A stretch of DNA of 64,000 nucleotides from NCBI GenBank assembly GCA_051294905.1, contig CM119372.1, forward strand, positions 29,698,001 through 29,762,000, in the 5' to 3' direction. The position numbers were made by a program, and so were the translations under genes. Shown here one piece after another: positions 12,106 through 24,866 of the stretch. Under the pieces are notes generated by a model. It saw only the letters and a list, made by a program, of their open reading frames with translations, did no database searches and was not told the origin of the DNA. The stretch is from Botryllus schlosseri (taxonomy: Eukaryota). Position 1 is the stretch's first letter. Each line of letters starts with the position of its first letter.

Positions 12106-12638
12106 CAGTGTTGGGATGACGAGTCAATTGGGAGAAATGTTTTGACTCGTGTCGCGAAGCAAAAATTTACGAGCCAATATCAGGTCATAGAATAAACGGT
12201 GTCAAATAGACCACTATAGCTTGTGTATACTCGAATTGTTTCCTCAGATCATAAATAAATTGACCGCAGATGAAACTATCACGACTTACGCTGTCATGGT
12301 AGTTATAAGGATTATTTTAGATAACAACATCTCTCTGTTTCATTAAAGGGCTCATTGCTTACGTTGTGCAGTGCGCACCCTTCTATATTTTGGTTGATAA
12401 TGTCTGACTGTAGCATTTATCTTTACAATTACTCACGAATTTTACTTGCGCGTGATTGATACAACATCTTTTGGCGCGTATAATTAACTATATGTTTGTT
12501 ATTTAATTCAATGTAGGTGCTAAAATTCAATTTGACTCGAGTCGATGCTTGACTCATGGCTTGACTTGGCCTGACTCGATTCAGGGTCAGCCATGACTCG
12601 AGATTACTGGTGACTCGAGGGAATTGATACCAACACTG
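12106..12638. mobile_element. hAT-type MITE (CAGTGTTGG...CCAACACTG, gactcga-rich) inserted in the giant element
   Basis: TIRs plus 8-bp TSD gtaggaag/gtaagaag; same family as 52959-53927. Confidence 0.85.
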
Positions 12639-15600
12639 GTAAGAAGTACTGCTTCAAGAATTCTGTGCTAAAAAAGGCATGTTCTTCAAAATTAATTATA
12701 TTATCGAAAACTAAATAGAACCGTTGACTTGCCGCCGACGAGTAAATGAACAGGTGAAATATCACAATCGAAGGGTATAGAGTATCACATTAAAATAACA
12801 TTATACCATGTTGCTCGCTCGTCAGTGTTTCAAACCATACTGAATCATAGACCTACCTTTGCGATATCTGGTCTTAGGCTCATTGTATTACCGATCTGGT
12901 ACATCCCTATAAATCCTATTCGAAGGTTACACCGTGTTGTAAGTTCTGATACATCCTATAGTGTGCGGTAACCTTGGTGGAAGAGCTCTGGTCTATAATT
13001 CTAAAATCAACCTGTGCTTTTGCAAACGACTTGTCTTGTCTTATTCAAGTATAAACACTGAAGAACAATAAGACGACGCCAAGCTTGTACGATAGCAGGG
13101 CCGAGTCGCATAAATGACTTCCTGAATTAAAAGAACTCGTAATACATTGCAGTACCACTGTTATTGATCAATAACAATTATGTACGTTGTAACTATACGA
13201 GCTGTGAAATTGTAAATTCACTTTAAATATTTCAAGCTATGACGGACCTCGGCTTTGAAAATAAGAGTGCTTGCTAGTAGTTCTATAGTAGCATCGCCTA
13301 TTTCAAAACTAGCACGCTGGTGAACCCTGCAATGTTAACATAAATACATTCAGGATGTCAGGACATGATCAAATTCACCAGAAATAGTTTTGTGGGTATA
13401 GTAAGCTGTGTAACGGGGGTTGTCTCGATTAATGGATCCCTCCGAAATATTGGAAATGATGGAACGATTACTAGAGGCAGTTCCAGTTATACGTATTCAT
13501 TGATAAAGACAAAAATAACTTACATGATTTTTGGCACTAGGCAATTTTTTGATTAAATTACTGAGCTGAAATATTGAAATTACTGAGCTGAAATAAGACG
13601 TAGAAGGTATTGTCTCATATTATGTTTTAACTACCGTATATTTACTTATATGTAAGTACAATTGAGAGCAAAATGCAGAGTTTGTGCCCGTAACAGAGGT
13701 GATCAAACCGGTCGAATATTCCTAAAATAGAAGTAAGATTGGTCAGATTTAAATCTACTTAATTAAATAAATAGATTACAAAGTGTTACTGAGTAGAGCT
13801 TGAGCAAGGGTGGATGTTATTGCTGCGATGGCCATTAGCAAGTATGAAGAACAGGTATTTTGTTAAAAAGAGCTATTAGTGCATACCGACAGCTACAAGA
13901 GTACGTTTCAAGTATTATTGAAGACGGTGTATGAGTTATAGATACATAGGCAGCCTAAATGTTGTCCACTAATATTAGAAAATTGTGCAAAAATGATACT
14001 GACATGATACTGCTAGAATGGTTCTTTGGCTTCCGCGGATAGTGAAACCTACATTTTTGAGTTGTATTTTGATATAAGTGGTTACTCGAAACAGATTGGT
14101 TTTGTGAAAAAGATTATTAGTTCATTGATAGTGTGTTGGCATTGATGACACATGTTATTTAAAAACATAAAAACAGGTGCCGTTCTATAACAGCACAAAA
14201 TAGCGTTATATGTAGCAGTGCGCGTTTGTTATTGTGTCTTCTAGAAGGGATAGTGTGTATGGACCAAGTTTAACCTGCCATGGTCAAAGTCTAGATGTGA
14301 CCTTGTGGCAAATTGGTTGGCTGTAGGGTGCATTAAAACTTGACCATAAATCATCGGATCAAAATCAATCGGAAGGTGGCATTTAAAAATTGGTCACATT
14401 ATATTGGAAAAATATGAAACAAGTTGTCATATTCGATGGCATAATTATGCGAATAAGAACATAGTTTTGTGAATCAAAATAATTGGAAGCGCGAAAATTG
14501 ACCCATGGGCCCTCGGCGCCACTGCACTGCTGGGTTAAACTGAACAAATATGAATTTGATCGAAGTGGCGCAAATCTGAACTGTTTGCCATTTGACCATT
14601 TGCCTTGTGTTGTCTTTAACTACAGGTCTATAGCTTTGAAAATAAAAAACCAGTTGATATAACGTCCAAGTGGAATAGAACCGTAATAATAATTAGAGGT
14701 TAATGTCTAATTTGCATATATTTGGTGTAGTGCATGTGGTGATACCGTTGACGATGGACCAAAAGCAATAAAATATCTCAGGCGTGTGAAAGTAGCAACT
14801 TACTGATTAAAATATTCAGACAGACGGATATTCATTTATCAGTTAATTAAACTCAGAGATATAAAAGAACCAATTTTTGCCAGGTATGTTTGTTTTTGAC
14901 CTTTACTGCCTGAAATAAGTAATAAATACACATAGAATCTTAAATGATGGGGTTCGCCTTGTTTTAGGGATGAAATTATGGGCATAGGTACGACAAAGGG
15001 ACATGATAAATTGAGGAGCGATTATCGCCGCCAATACAGGTAGCTTACCATTAATTTGTAGATTATGTAATGACACTTGGTAGCTGAAAATGTCGGCTTT
15101 AACTGGTTGACTTTACACTGATATATCTATCAAAATAATGGTTGAATGATAGTTTATAATCAAACCGCCAACTCTCATAATTGAATAATGTGCTCCAAAA
15201 ATTTTAACAGATGGAAAACTGAACGTATATTGGGTCATAAAGAGACTAAAGGGTAGGATGCTAGTTTGCATACAAAATAATATTTCCGTCTTTTACATTT
15301 TAAGGTTAAAAATTTTTTGAATCCAATTGAGATCGTTCATTTTGTTCATTTGAGCTGTGCGGGAAAACATAGTAACGACTGCATAATTAATCGGCAAAGT
15401 TGTACTTATAATTAAATTAAGGACAAACAGCAAATTTGCAGATACCACATTTATGGAATGCGTCAGCCATATCTGACTTTCCAAATTCATTGGTGGCAAC
15501 GGGCACAATTTGTTCAGCTTTTGGGTGAGAATTACAGTGACATAAATATATAAACATTAACAATAAGTTTATCTGAACCGCAGGAACACGCACTAAATTT

Positions 15601-17138
15601 AACAATCCACGGTAACGAGTATAAAATGGTGCAAATCATTAGTATGCGTAATGGGTCATGAATAATTTGCCGCAGGCAACAGCGATGTTGCAAATTGGAA
15701 AATTGACGTTTCCAAAAAGATATCATTTCTAATTATAAGTAAATAAGGTTACTAGCTTTACACCTGTTGTCAGGGTCTATCAAGTACTTGTGAATGTCGG
15801 CCCTAAACCTATAAAAGCTCTAATCAGCTAATTGAAATTGATAATAACTTGAGGCGCTATGATCTAATTTATTTAGTTTATTCTAGATGTTTTGTCGTCT
15901 ACTGGGGTCATTAACACCAGGCTGATATTGGTCTTACTTTTCCGAAACTATCGACTTATAGCTTGACCTACCGCTCGGATTTTGTGGGACACTGCTAACA
16001 CGGCATAGCGGGTGATGAGAGGTTTTTAGTTGTCCAATATTCATAACAAACGAGAAAGTGCGCATCTAGTCAGTAATTCCTCAATTTGCGCGCAGAACAA
16101 AAGGGATACGAACCCGAAAGTTCGGCCTAATTTATTGGAATTGTCACGTGAACACTAAGCAAGTAGGCACATCCGAGTCTATTTGCGATTGATGGTGCTA
16201 GTTTGAAATTGTCAACCCTAAAGAAACAGCGCGCGCCATGCGTTGAAGCTCTATTTCATATACTGACAGTTCATGATTTTTTGGGTATTAGGCCGTGCCT
16301 ACAATGGAAGTTGGCGACTTGGTGTTTTGATGAGATAGGAGGGATAAGGTTCAATGAAACTCTTTACTATATATAAAAGATTAAAAACAAATCACGCAGT
16401 AGTTAAAGGCCAGACATATGCTCCACGTAAGTCCTGGTCAGTCAGTCGGATATATAATGATCCATTACAACCTTAATAATACATTATTTCTACGGCCTGA
16501 TTAATAGAAGTAACAACATCAATGGGTTAATATTAAATCCGCGAAATAATTGTGTTTAATAGTGGATGTACAGCCACAAACTAGATTGCAGCATAGTAAA
16601 TTCTCACTCAAATTGAGGTATGAATGATTGATAACGGAATTTGATGACTTGTACTGCACGGTGCGATGTGTGGGCATCGGCTCCTGCGCAAATAGGTGTA
16701 ATTTTGTTAAAAATCAGGTATATGAACTATATGATGGTGTTCAGATTGTAATTGCTATAAACCAGACTATAATTACGGCACTCTATGACCATCAATTGGG
16801 CGGATGGCTGGGCTCTAAAGGACCCAGAATCATTTCATGAACTAGTATTGATCGTGGATGGTGACTTTGGAAAATTAAAAAACTTTTTTCGAAAAATTTT
16901 CGTGTAGTGAATGGTTTCTAGCCGTCAAATATCTCGAATGCACTATAAATATAGCAACAAGCATGTCGTCATTTAACATTACTATGCCACAGTTTATCAA
17001 CACTCGACAAAATAAATGGAGCCTTCCTGCTGGTTACTTGGAAAATTAATGACACATGGGCTTATTGCATTTCCACAGGCCTGGTATATATAAAGCCCAG
17101 TAACCACAATACATCTCCTTGTTGGTACAATTGTGGCC

Positions 17139-17708
17139 ATGACAAGTGCTGATGCCATGGAGCCCTCTGTTCTAGATGAACAGATTTGGACCGGAAGGTG
17201 GATTGTTGTTATAAAAAATATAGATGAAATTCTCAAATCATGCCAACCAACGCCTAAAGCAGAAGATAGTGATACCGAAAAGGACGAAAATGAGGGGAAT
17301 AAACAAGAAATTGACGAGGCAACCTTAGAAAGCTACTTCGAAAGGAACCCGTCGATCTGGGGAGATGATACAGACTCGGAATTAGATCTCACTGACTCGG
17401 ATGAAAGTTCGAGTACCTTGTCTGGCTCTGGACATGACTCTGGACATGATGTTATAGAATCCTATCTTTTCCCAGATCATGAATTGAGACCTTATCCGAA
17501 TTCCGAATCCAGTGATTTGACAGATTCGAATGAGAGTCTGAATACCATACCCGATACGGGTGGCGTCCCTGAGTGGGCTGATACTGACTCTGGAGTTAAT
17601 AGTAGCGATTCCGATCTATCCTCAGATCATGAACAGTTACGATCTCTTGACGAGGCAACTCTCAGGCGCCTTGATAGAATGTTTTGGCGCCCCTGGAATA
17701 ACGAGTAA
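17139..17708 (+). CDS. Cargo ORF, acidic Asp/Ser-rich protein of unknown function
   Basis: Intact ORF with TATATATAAAG ~50 bp upstream; DEATL motif occurs twice. Confidence 0.65.
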   Translation: MTSADAMEPSVLDEQIWTGRWIVVIKNIDEILKSCQPTPKAEDSDTEKDENEGNKQEIDEATLESYFERNPSIWGDDTDSELDLTDSDESSSTLSGSGHDSGHDVIESYLFPDHELRPYPNSESSDLTDSNESLNTIPDTGGVPEWADTDSGVNSSDSDLSSDHEQLRSLDEATLRRLDRMFWRPWNNE

Positions 17709-17956
17709 ATTTGGAAAACTATGCGATCAAAATGTACAAATTGATGTGATCAGCAAAATCTTAAATGTACATTAACAATGTTGCGACTGTTACAAGATAT
17801 GTTATGTTTTCTGTGCCTCATAGTGAAACAATTACATACTGTGGACGATTGTTTTTTTGTTTGTAACTATGGAATGATGACAGGTTAGTCAGCAGATTTT
17901 AAGAGAGAAAGAACAATTAGGCTGGTATGTGATACAAAATAAAAGTTTGGTTTAGT

Positions 17957-18325
17957 CAAGGCTGGCCAACCTTTTTTTAGCCTAAGGGCCACATTAAATT
18001 GAAGAAATACTGCGCAGGCCACTACCGCGCGAAGCGCTAAAAGCTTTTGAAATTTCTAGACCAAGTATATTGTAACTTGACTGTGTTGAGGATTGCCGTA
18101 TATCATTAGGCTGAGTTTACGCGGAGCGGGCTATGCGGCGCATGGCCATATCGATAACGTAAGCTGCGACCAACATGCGTCAGTCTTTCCGTGCTTAGGA
18201 TTCATAGTCAGCGATGTTACTGCGAATGCAAACGCAAGGTCACACATGTTCAACGACACTTTTTCCCTTAATTGCGAATATAGTTAGGCTCAATAATAAA
18301 AAAAAATAAAAAAAAAATAAAAAAT
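17957..18325. mobile_element. Truncated hAT/Charlie-like MITE fragment between cargo ORFs
   Basis: Starts caaggctggccaaccttttt...agggccaca, resembling the ends of 55619-57214; no matching right end found. Confidence 0.5.
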
Positions 18326-18592
18326 TGGCCGTTTTTCCAGGGTCACAAAATGGAAATTAATTAGCCGGCCCTGAGTTAAGACAATTAAGAATTGTTAGAT
18401 TGACAAGTGGCCAAAGATGACACCTTTCTTTACCTGGTAAAGGAATAATTAACCCCAAATAGGACTAATAAAGAGTTAGCAAAATTCAGTGTTGGGAATA
18501 TCATTACCGATATCTTACAATAATCTCGGCTGAAAGAAACATTATTATTTTTTGTTAAGGTGTAAAAATAACACGGTGTCTTAAATTAAAGA

Positions 18593-19111
18593 ATGTCTGC
18601 CTCAATAACTAAAGAACAATTATGGGAGCTATCAATTGAAAATATCGAACTATGGTATGAGGTACTTCGAGGGGTGAAAAAGACAGAGAGATTACAACGA
18701 TGGAATGATTTTTTCAAGGACATTAAGAATAACACTAGACATTATGCGGAGACCTTCTTCGAAGGAATGGGAGCAAGTAATGAAAAGGTTAAAGAGTGGC
18801 CATGGCGAAATGACTATCGGAGAAAACACGTAAAAAATCGAAAGGTAGCAAAAGTAAAACCATATTCACAAAGAAAACCTGCCTCAAACAAACAGAATAG
18901 AAGGGAAGAAATAGAGACCAGCTCCTTAACATCAACAAGTAGTCCTTTCTTGACGTCCTTACTGACGCCACCTTCAACGAGCCACGACTTGCCGCATAAT
19001 AGCAATGTTATGTCAGATGGGACGTATACATCGTTTGGTAGTATCATGTTTCGGCAACAGCCACCTACTGCTCAACTTCAACCTACAACAGCATATCATG
19101 ATGATGGTTAG
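18593..19111 (+). CDS. Cargo ORF, unknown (helical N-terminus, basic middle, Ser/Thr/Pro tail)
   Basis: 172-aa intact ATG ORF, co-oriented with the cluster. Confidence 0.6.
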   Translation: MSASITKEQLWELSIENIELWYEVLRGVKKTERLQRWNDFFKDIKNNTRHYAETFFEGMGASNEKVKEWPWRNDYRRKHVKNRKVAKVKPYSQRKPASNKQNRREEIETSSLTSTSSPFLTSLLTPPSTSHDLPHNSNVMSDGTYTSFGSIMFRQQPPTAQLQPTTAYHDDG

Positions 19112-19283
19112 ATAAATTCTAGCATATTGTTTGACTCACATGATTGGTGAGGTTGTATGAATAAAAGTTGAGCTAATGTATTTTCTCTGTTTTACATTGA
19201 TTTACAATATGAACCAATCTATTGAGAGTTGTATGAATAAAAAGGAAACATTCTGTATTCTAGAGTTATAAATAGTGAACTAA

Positions 19284-20156
19284 TTGAAGAAAGAAATGTG
19301 CTACGGGCTATTGTGCGACCCTAATACGGATCACAAGGTTGTCTACGAGTGGGCAATGCAGTTCGATCTTACGCAAAGGCAGCAGATAGTAATGGAAACC
19401 ATAAAAACTGCGCCGGTTCGGGATCGTTTGATGAGTCTCTTGTTCGGCACTTGTGAGCGGGACAATCCAAGGGTACAATATTGGCAACAATGTATGTACA
19501 CCAAGGAGGACTGGACAAAAATAGGAAAGCCTTTTCACCCGGTTGGGAGCGGTGAATGTAAACAATGTTACCTTATGAGACACGTAAAACCGTATTTCAA
19601 GAATACCGGGCAGATTTTGGAACTTATGACATTATGCCATGATTATTTAAAAGAAGCTTGTAGTATGCACAAAGGACTAGATCAAAACACCGAAAGAGAT
19701 AAAGGACATATAGTGCTTTATGTGTTATATCCAGAAGCGATAATAACCGCCATAGCTCTCCTGTTGCAACAATATCGGGGGGAAAAAAACATGCGAACAT
19801 TTTGTTTTACGAGATGTCGGATGGACGCAGAATTTGAGTTTCTATTTGGGGGAAATCTAGAACAATGGAGATTTACATACGGGTCCACGAGCACGTTTGG
19901 TTATTTGGGAGGCGTTTTTATTCTACCGATTGACCAAGTGTCGGAATCAACCTTTAAAAACTCGTTAAAAAAAGAGGGAGACAAACAAATAGTCAAAAAC
20001 ACCAATTCGGAAACTACCTTGATGTTTGATATTGAATCTTCAACCAGTAGAGACAGTAGGTTTCCAAACAGACCAGAGGCTCCGACCCGAATGGTAGCTT
20101 TACGGAGACCCAGTGTAGATGGATCCCATGCTGCCTCTAGTGGTAATATGGGCTGA
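19284..20156 (+). CDS. Cargo ORF, paralog family A (first ATG at 19296)
   Basis: NPRVQYWQQ and IVLYVLYPEAIITAIA match NPRLLYWKQ and LIMWIIFPEVQIYALA of 23296-23850. Confidence 0.7.
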   Translation: MKKEMCYGLLCDPNTDHKVVYEWAMQFDLTQRQQIVMETIKTAPVRDRLMSLLFGTCERDNPRVQYWQQCMYTKEDWTKIGKPFHPVGSGECKQCYLMRHVKPYFKNTGQILELMTLCHDYLKEACSMHKGLDQNTERDKGHIVLYVLYPEAIITAIALLLQQYRGEKNMRTFCFTRCRMDAEFEFLFGGNLEQWRFTYGSTSTFGYLGGVFILPIDQVSESTFKNSLKKEGDKQIVKNTNSETTLMFDIESSTSRDSRFPNRPEAPTRMVALRRPSVDGSHAASSGNMG

Positions 20157-21517
20157 TTCCAAAATAAGCTACTATTAGTTTGATCTAGAAATTGTATTGA
20201 TTGATCTGGACTTTTAGGGCTAGCCTAAAAGATAAGCCATGATAACTGAATTATTTAGGGCTGACCGGTGGTGGTTTAGGACAACTTATCAATTCGGCAC
20301 TACTACCAAAAGGTCAAACTTAACGGAAAAAGTATAGAAGCCGGTTATAGTGAAACTTGAGATTAGCAAAAGTAGAAACTATATACCTGTATTTTACGAT
20401 ATATATATACTCAGTTATTAATACAGTTTCCCTTTTTATTAAATGATTTCGATACATTGATCAATCGCTGGGATAATTCCCACCACCACCTCCCCTAGAA
20501 TAACATCCCGGGGACTATGAGAACTTGATACTTGAATGCAAGATCGACCTATCTTTATTGCCAAAACTTTTTAAATTCGAAAAGAACTTGTTATTGTAAA
20601 TTATGAAAAACTGCACGTTTTTTGTTTACTGTTATATTGAATGTTATGTACGTATTTTCGGCTGCAATTTTCGTGTTGAAATTTAGTCTGTAATGGCCCC
20701 AGACCACCTACCCTATCACAAATCACCTCGTGTTCATACTTAAATGTTATGCTAATCGAATTATATTTTATAAAGGCTGACGTGAGCGTAATCTTTTCTG
20801 TTTTGCCCACAATTGTCGCTCTGCCAAGATCTTTTTGTATGAGCCTCACACCAAATTGCTGCTAATTGAGTTATTGCTGTTATTACAATTTTATTTGATT
20901 ATGTAATAGTTTTGTAAAGTAGTCTTTTGAAAATTACTCACATTCCTGTCTCATGGCACCCTTCCTCTAATGGTCTCTATGAGACGAAGTTGTATATTAC
21001 TTGTATAATTGACCCTTGAATTAATTAGTTTCGCCGTCCAGAGAAACTCGTGTCAAAACATGTCTTATGGAAGGGAAGGCAGGGATGATGATTAATATTA
21101 CTTTTTAATAATGTTTTAATTGATATGTTGTATAACTTTTCCCACTAAAAAAAATCTTCAAAATGATGAAATATCGGAATTTGTTTATAAGTTATAAAAA
21201 TTAATAAAAATGACTGTCAAAACCAAAAGAGAAAAGCCATATTCTAAGAAAATCTTCAAAGGAAAAAATTATATAAATAAAAACCAGAAGAAAAATTTAC
21301 AAAATAATAAAATCCCTTGTGGGGGGGAGAGAATTATTGCCTAATAAGTACTGGGTGATTAATAAATGAATAAATGTCTTTATGAGTATGGAGGATACTT
21401 TATATAAGTGCTGAATGAAAATTAAAGGCATTATATGAATCTTGAAAATTGCTATACCGAGAAAATGGAAAATTGTACATATTTTTAAGGTATTAATAAA
21501 AAATAAAAATAAAAGGA

Positions 21518-22084
21518 ATGTTGGAATTTGATTATATTGAAGGTTACGATCCATCGAATTGGTGTCTTTTGTACGATGTATATGATGAATTGGATCTATT
21601 GAATCTGAAAGAATATAACAGCGAATATGAGAGATACCAGTTAAAAGAAAGAATATGGGAATTGCTTACGGACCGAGTTGATTGGGTTAAACAAACAGAC
21701 AATGGCCTAGCAGAGGCAGCCCTAGATGAGGAAATAACCCCAGAAATTTTTGATATATTCAATCGTGTGGTAGAAGAGATATTTGAAATAAGAGCGAAAG
21801 AATACACCTCTTTTGGAAGAAGAGTCATGTTGTATGAATTGATTAGAGGACTTGTGATGAAACTTACAAACACTAATATAACAAAGGATGTGTACCAGGA
21901 GAGAGAATATTGTAAAGATCCGCCACATATGGAACAATGGAATTGTCAAAATAATTTGGGAATAAAAGGCTATTCAAGTTCAATACATTGGCGAACAAAA
22001 AGGATAAGGCGAATAGAAATACATCCTTACCCCTACGAAAGGGAAAGTGTGAACATTGACTTTATAATACCGGAACAATCATGA
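21518..22084 (+). CDS. Cargo ORF, paralog family B
   Basis: RRVMLYELIRGLVMK...QNNLGIKGY matches RRVVYEVIRGVVMK...QKNLGVKGY of 25040-25753. Confidence 0.72.
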   Translation: MLEFDYIEGYDPSNWCLLYDVYDELDLLNLKEYNSEYERYQLKERIWELLTDRVDWVKQTDNGLAEAALDEEITPEIFDIFNRVVEEIFEIRAKEYTSFGRRVMLYELIRGLVMKLTNTNITKDVYQEREYCKDPPHMEQWNCQNNLGIKGYSSSIHWRTKRIRRIEIHPYPYERESVNIDFIIPEQS

Positions 22085-22181
22085 ACAATCATGAGTAATG
22101 ACAACGAATGTAAATAAGATTTTGACTTACAAAGGGCACATTTTCCAAAGGTATAGAGTAACAAAGTGGGTTATCTAATTC

Positions 22182-23231
22182 ATGAGTAAAATGAACCGAG
22201 TGGAACTACTAGTATTATGGCTGGGTATGTGTAATGCTATTTATCCGGAAACAATAGAACAAAAGAAGTGTACAACAGATGAAAGACGAACCATGTTATA
22301 CCCGGAATGCATGCAAGGAAGCAATTTGGTACTTTGGTGTGACCATTCGAGCTATACAAGAATTCCGGATCCTGATAAGATATACCTGGCAAAATCTTGT
22401 CGGAACACAGAAAAGATATTCATCAACGACAGCTGCCTACGGGAAATAACCAAAGAACAATTGGAAAAATATAAAGACATAGAGGTGTTACATTGTGGTT
22501 GGAATAAAATCCAAATACTACAAGGAGGTGCCTTCTGCAAAAATGAAAAACTCAGGGAAATAAACTTGATGCGAAACTACATCACACAAATTGAAAAGGA
22601 AAGCTTTTCAGGCTTACACCAACTCGATAGTTTGTATTTAAGCAGTAATTTACTGGCAGAGATAGAAGGATCGATATTTTCAAGCCTGGAAAACCTAAAA
22701 AGACTATATTTGGATAACAATGTCATAAAGAGACTAAAGAACGGAACATTCAATCATCTGCGTCGTTTAAGAATACTGGATTTATCAAGAAACGCAATAA
22801 ACGTTATAGAAGAAGGGGCGTTCAAAGGACTGAGGAAACTGGAAACTTTACATTTGGATGAAAATAGACTGGTTGAATTTGATATGACAATACTCGAATC
22901 TTTATGTAATTTAGAGAGATTAACGTTGTACTATAATAACTTACGATATTTTTCTCTGTCCTCCAACATCTCGTTCAAATATCTACATACTATTGATCTT
23001 AGTTATAATCATGTTCAATTTCTTAGTGATTCCCTATTGAAAAAATTACCAGATTTGGAGGTTTTAAAATTAAAAAGAAATAATAATGAAACGTCTACCA
23101 AAAGACCCTACGTGCGTAAACAATCGAGATTATATTATGCTGAGATGAAAAGTTTATCCCATTGTGTGACTATACATTCAAAAGGTGCATTTGCCTTTAT
23201 TGTTTGGCTAGTCACTATCGACCTGATGTAA
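22182..23231 (+). CDS. Secreted or membrane-anchored leucine-rich-repeat protein, intronless
   Basis: Signal peptide, Cys-containing LRR N-cap, about eight 24-aa typical LRRs (LxxLxLxxNxIxxI...F.gL), hydrophobic C-terminus. Confidence 0.88.
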   Translation: MSKMNRVELLVLWLGMCNAIYPETIEQKKCTTDERRTMLYPECMQGSNLVLWCDHSSYTRIPDPDKIYLAKSCRNTEKIFINDSCLREITKEQLEKYKDIEVLHCGWNKIQILQGGAFCKNEKLREINLMRNYITQIEKESFSGLHQLDSLYLSSNLLAEIEGSIFSSLENLKRLYLDNNVIKRLKNGTFNHLRRLRILDLSRNAINVIEEGAFKGLRKLETLHLDENRLVEFDMTILESLCNLERLTLYYNNLRYFSLSSNISFKYLHTIDLSYNHVQFLSDSLLKKLPDLEVLKLKRNNNETSTKRPYVRKQSRLYYAEMKSLSHCVTIHSKGAFAFIVWLVTIDLM

Positions 23232-23295
23232 TTTGAAGAAAATGTGGAATTTCGAGGTATTGATTTAGTATTGTCCTCTGTTCAACTAGTAATAG

Positions 23296-23850
23296 ATGTT
23301 TAATATATTAGAATACGGTAAAAAAATTACTAAAAGTATCAAAATGTGTTTGGGATTGCGTTGTGATGATCCAGATATACAACATACGACGTGGATACCC
23401 CAAAAAGAAACACTAATAGACAACGGATTAAAGTCGCTGAAGTTTCTGTTGACAACATATTCACTGACGGATCACTTATGTGATATAATGTACGACGAAT
23501 TAAATCCACGACTACTATATTGGAAACAAAAGTATGGTGTCACAACATGCAACAATCATTGGCTTGGGAAACATCTGGTTGAAAATGAGTGGGAAGAAAT
23601 TTATACAGGAAGCATTTACCCTGAAAAACCTATACAAATGGCTTTTGCAGAAATTTGCATAAACTGGGTAACAATTTTAAAGAGAGTAAATCCTGAAATA
23701 AGGGAATTTCTAAAAAAGGGAGATTCTGAAAGAGATCTCATAATGTGGATAATCTTTCCGGAAGTTCAAATTTATGCATTGGCAAAGACGCAGGAAATAT
23801 CATTAAAGGAAGCCGATTGTAGATTTATGACTTTGAAAGTACCTGCATGA
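23296..23850 (+). CDS. Cargo ORF, paralog family A
   Basis: Shares two motifs with 19284-20156. Confidence 0.7.
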   Translation: MFNILEYGKKITKSIKMCLGLRCDDPDIQHTTWIPQKETLIDNGLKSLKFLLTTYSLTDHLCDIMYDELNPRLLYWKQKYGVTTCNNHWLGKHLVENEWEEIYTGSIYPEKPIQMAFAEICINWVTILKRVNPEIREFLKKGDSERDLIMWIIFPEVQIYALAKTQEISLKEADCRFMTLKVPA

Positions 23851-23918
23851 AACTTAACTTTCCGATGTTTATGTATACAGAAACTACTTTTAAAAAGACA
23901 ATTAAGTTTTAAATAAAT

Positions 23919-24866
23919 ATGAAGACTAAAGAACCCAGAAAAAGAAGAAATCTATTCAATCTTGCTCGATGTGGTATAATATCAAGTGAACGAAAATGTA
24001 TAAAGTTTTTGCGATCACGGAAACTCCTTGTTCAAAAGGCAACATGTTTTAAATGTGGACAACAAATGAATGAAGAAAAATGCAAAAGAACTATGGATGG
24101 ATATAGATGGAGGTGTCTGGTTTCAAAGTGCCGGACTACCACGTCCATAAGGAAAAGATCGCTATTTGAAGGAAGCAAAATAAGACTCACCCAACTTGTA
24201 ATGATGATTTATCTTTGGACCATAGATGCATCTCAACGACAAATAGCTTTTGAAGCACACGTCAGCAAGAGAACAATGGTGAATTGGACCAAGAAACTTC
24301 GTAAGATATGCTCTGGGGAGATGGAAAGAAGAGGTACTCTAATAGGGGGAATCTCACAAGGTAAATCACATGTAATTCAAATTGATGAGACGTTTGTGGC
24401 CAAAAGAAAATTTAATCGTGGAAGAATAATACGCCAACGCTGGGTTTTGGCTGGAATAGATATGAAAACGCGAGAAATGTTTGCAGAATTGGTACCTGAA
24501 GAAGGGAGAAAAACCTCTGTATTATCAGAAATAATTATGAAACACGTAAAAGAGGGATCCACTATATGGACTGATTCATTTGCCAGTTACCGCAAGTTGG
24601 AAAGCCTGGGAATGAATTATAAACATTCAATAGTTAATCATGATCGCGAATTTGTCACCCCAGAAGGCATAAATACACAATTGATCGAGGTGTCTTGGAA
24701 TTTTTTCAAAGCTGCTATTAGAAGACTGAATGGGGTATCAAGATCACATATTCCCCATTACTTACAGGAGTGGCTCTGGAAAAGAAGGGTGGCCTTGGAG
24801 GAAAGGTTTCAACTATTTTTGGAGATAATGGCCCTTGATCCTAACTTTAGGTCATTGGAACATTAA
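23919..24866 (+). CDS. Merlin/IS1595 (ISXO2-like) DDE transposase 2
   Basis: CFKC...WRCLVSKC, IQIDETF, IWTDSFASY, HSIVNH...TQLIEVSW; own ATG; clearly diverged from transposase 1; no flanking TIRs seen. Confidence 0.92.
   Translation: MKTKEPRKRRNLFNLARCGIISSERKCIKFLRSRKLLVQKATCFKCGQQMNEEKCKRTMDGYRWRCLVSKCRTTTSIRKRSLFEGSKIRLTQLVMMIYLWTIDASQRQIAFEAHVSKRTMVNWTKKLRKICSGEMERRGTLIGGISQGKSHVIQIDETFVAKRKFNRGRIIRQRWVLAGIDMKTREMFAELVPEEGRKTSVLSEIIMKHVKEGSTIWTDSFASYRKLESLGMNYKHSIVNHDREFVTPEGINTQLIEVSWNFFKAAIRRLNGVSRSHIPHYLQEWLWKRRVALEERFQLFLEIMALDPNFRSLEH

Noticed and set aside
14266-14541. piggyBac-like MITE with TTAA ends
   Set aside because: TTAA-CC...GG-TTAA is present but the internal TIR match is too poor to call.
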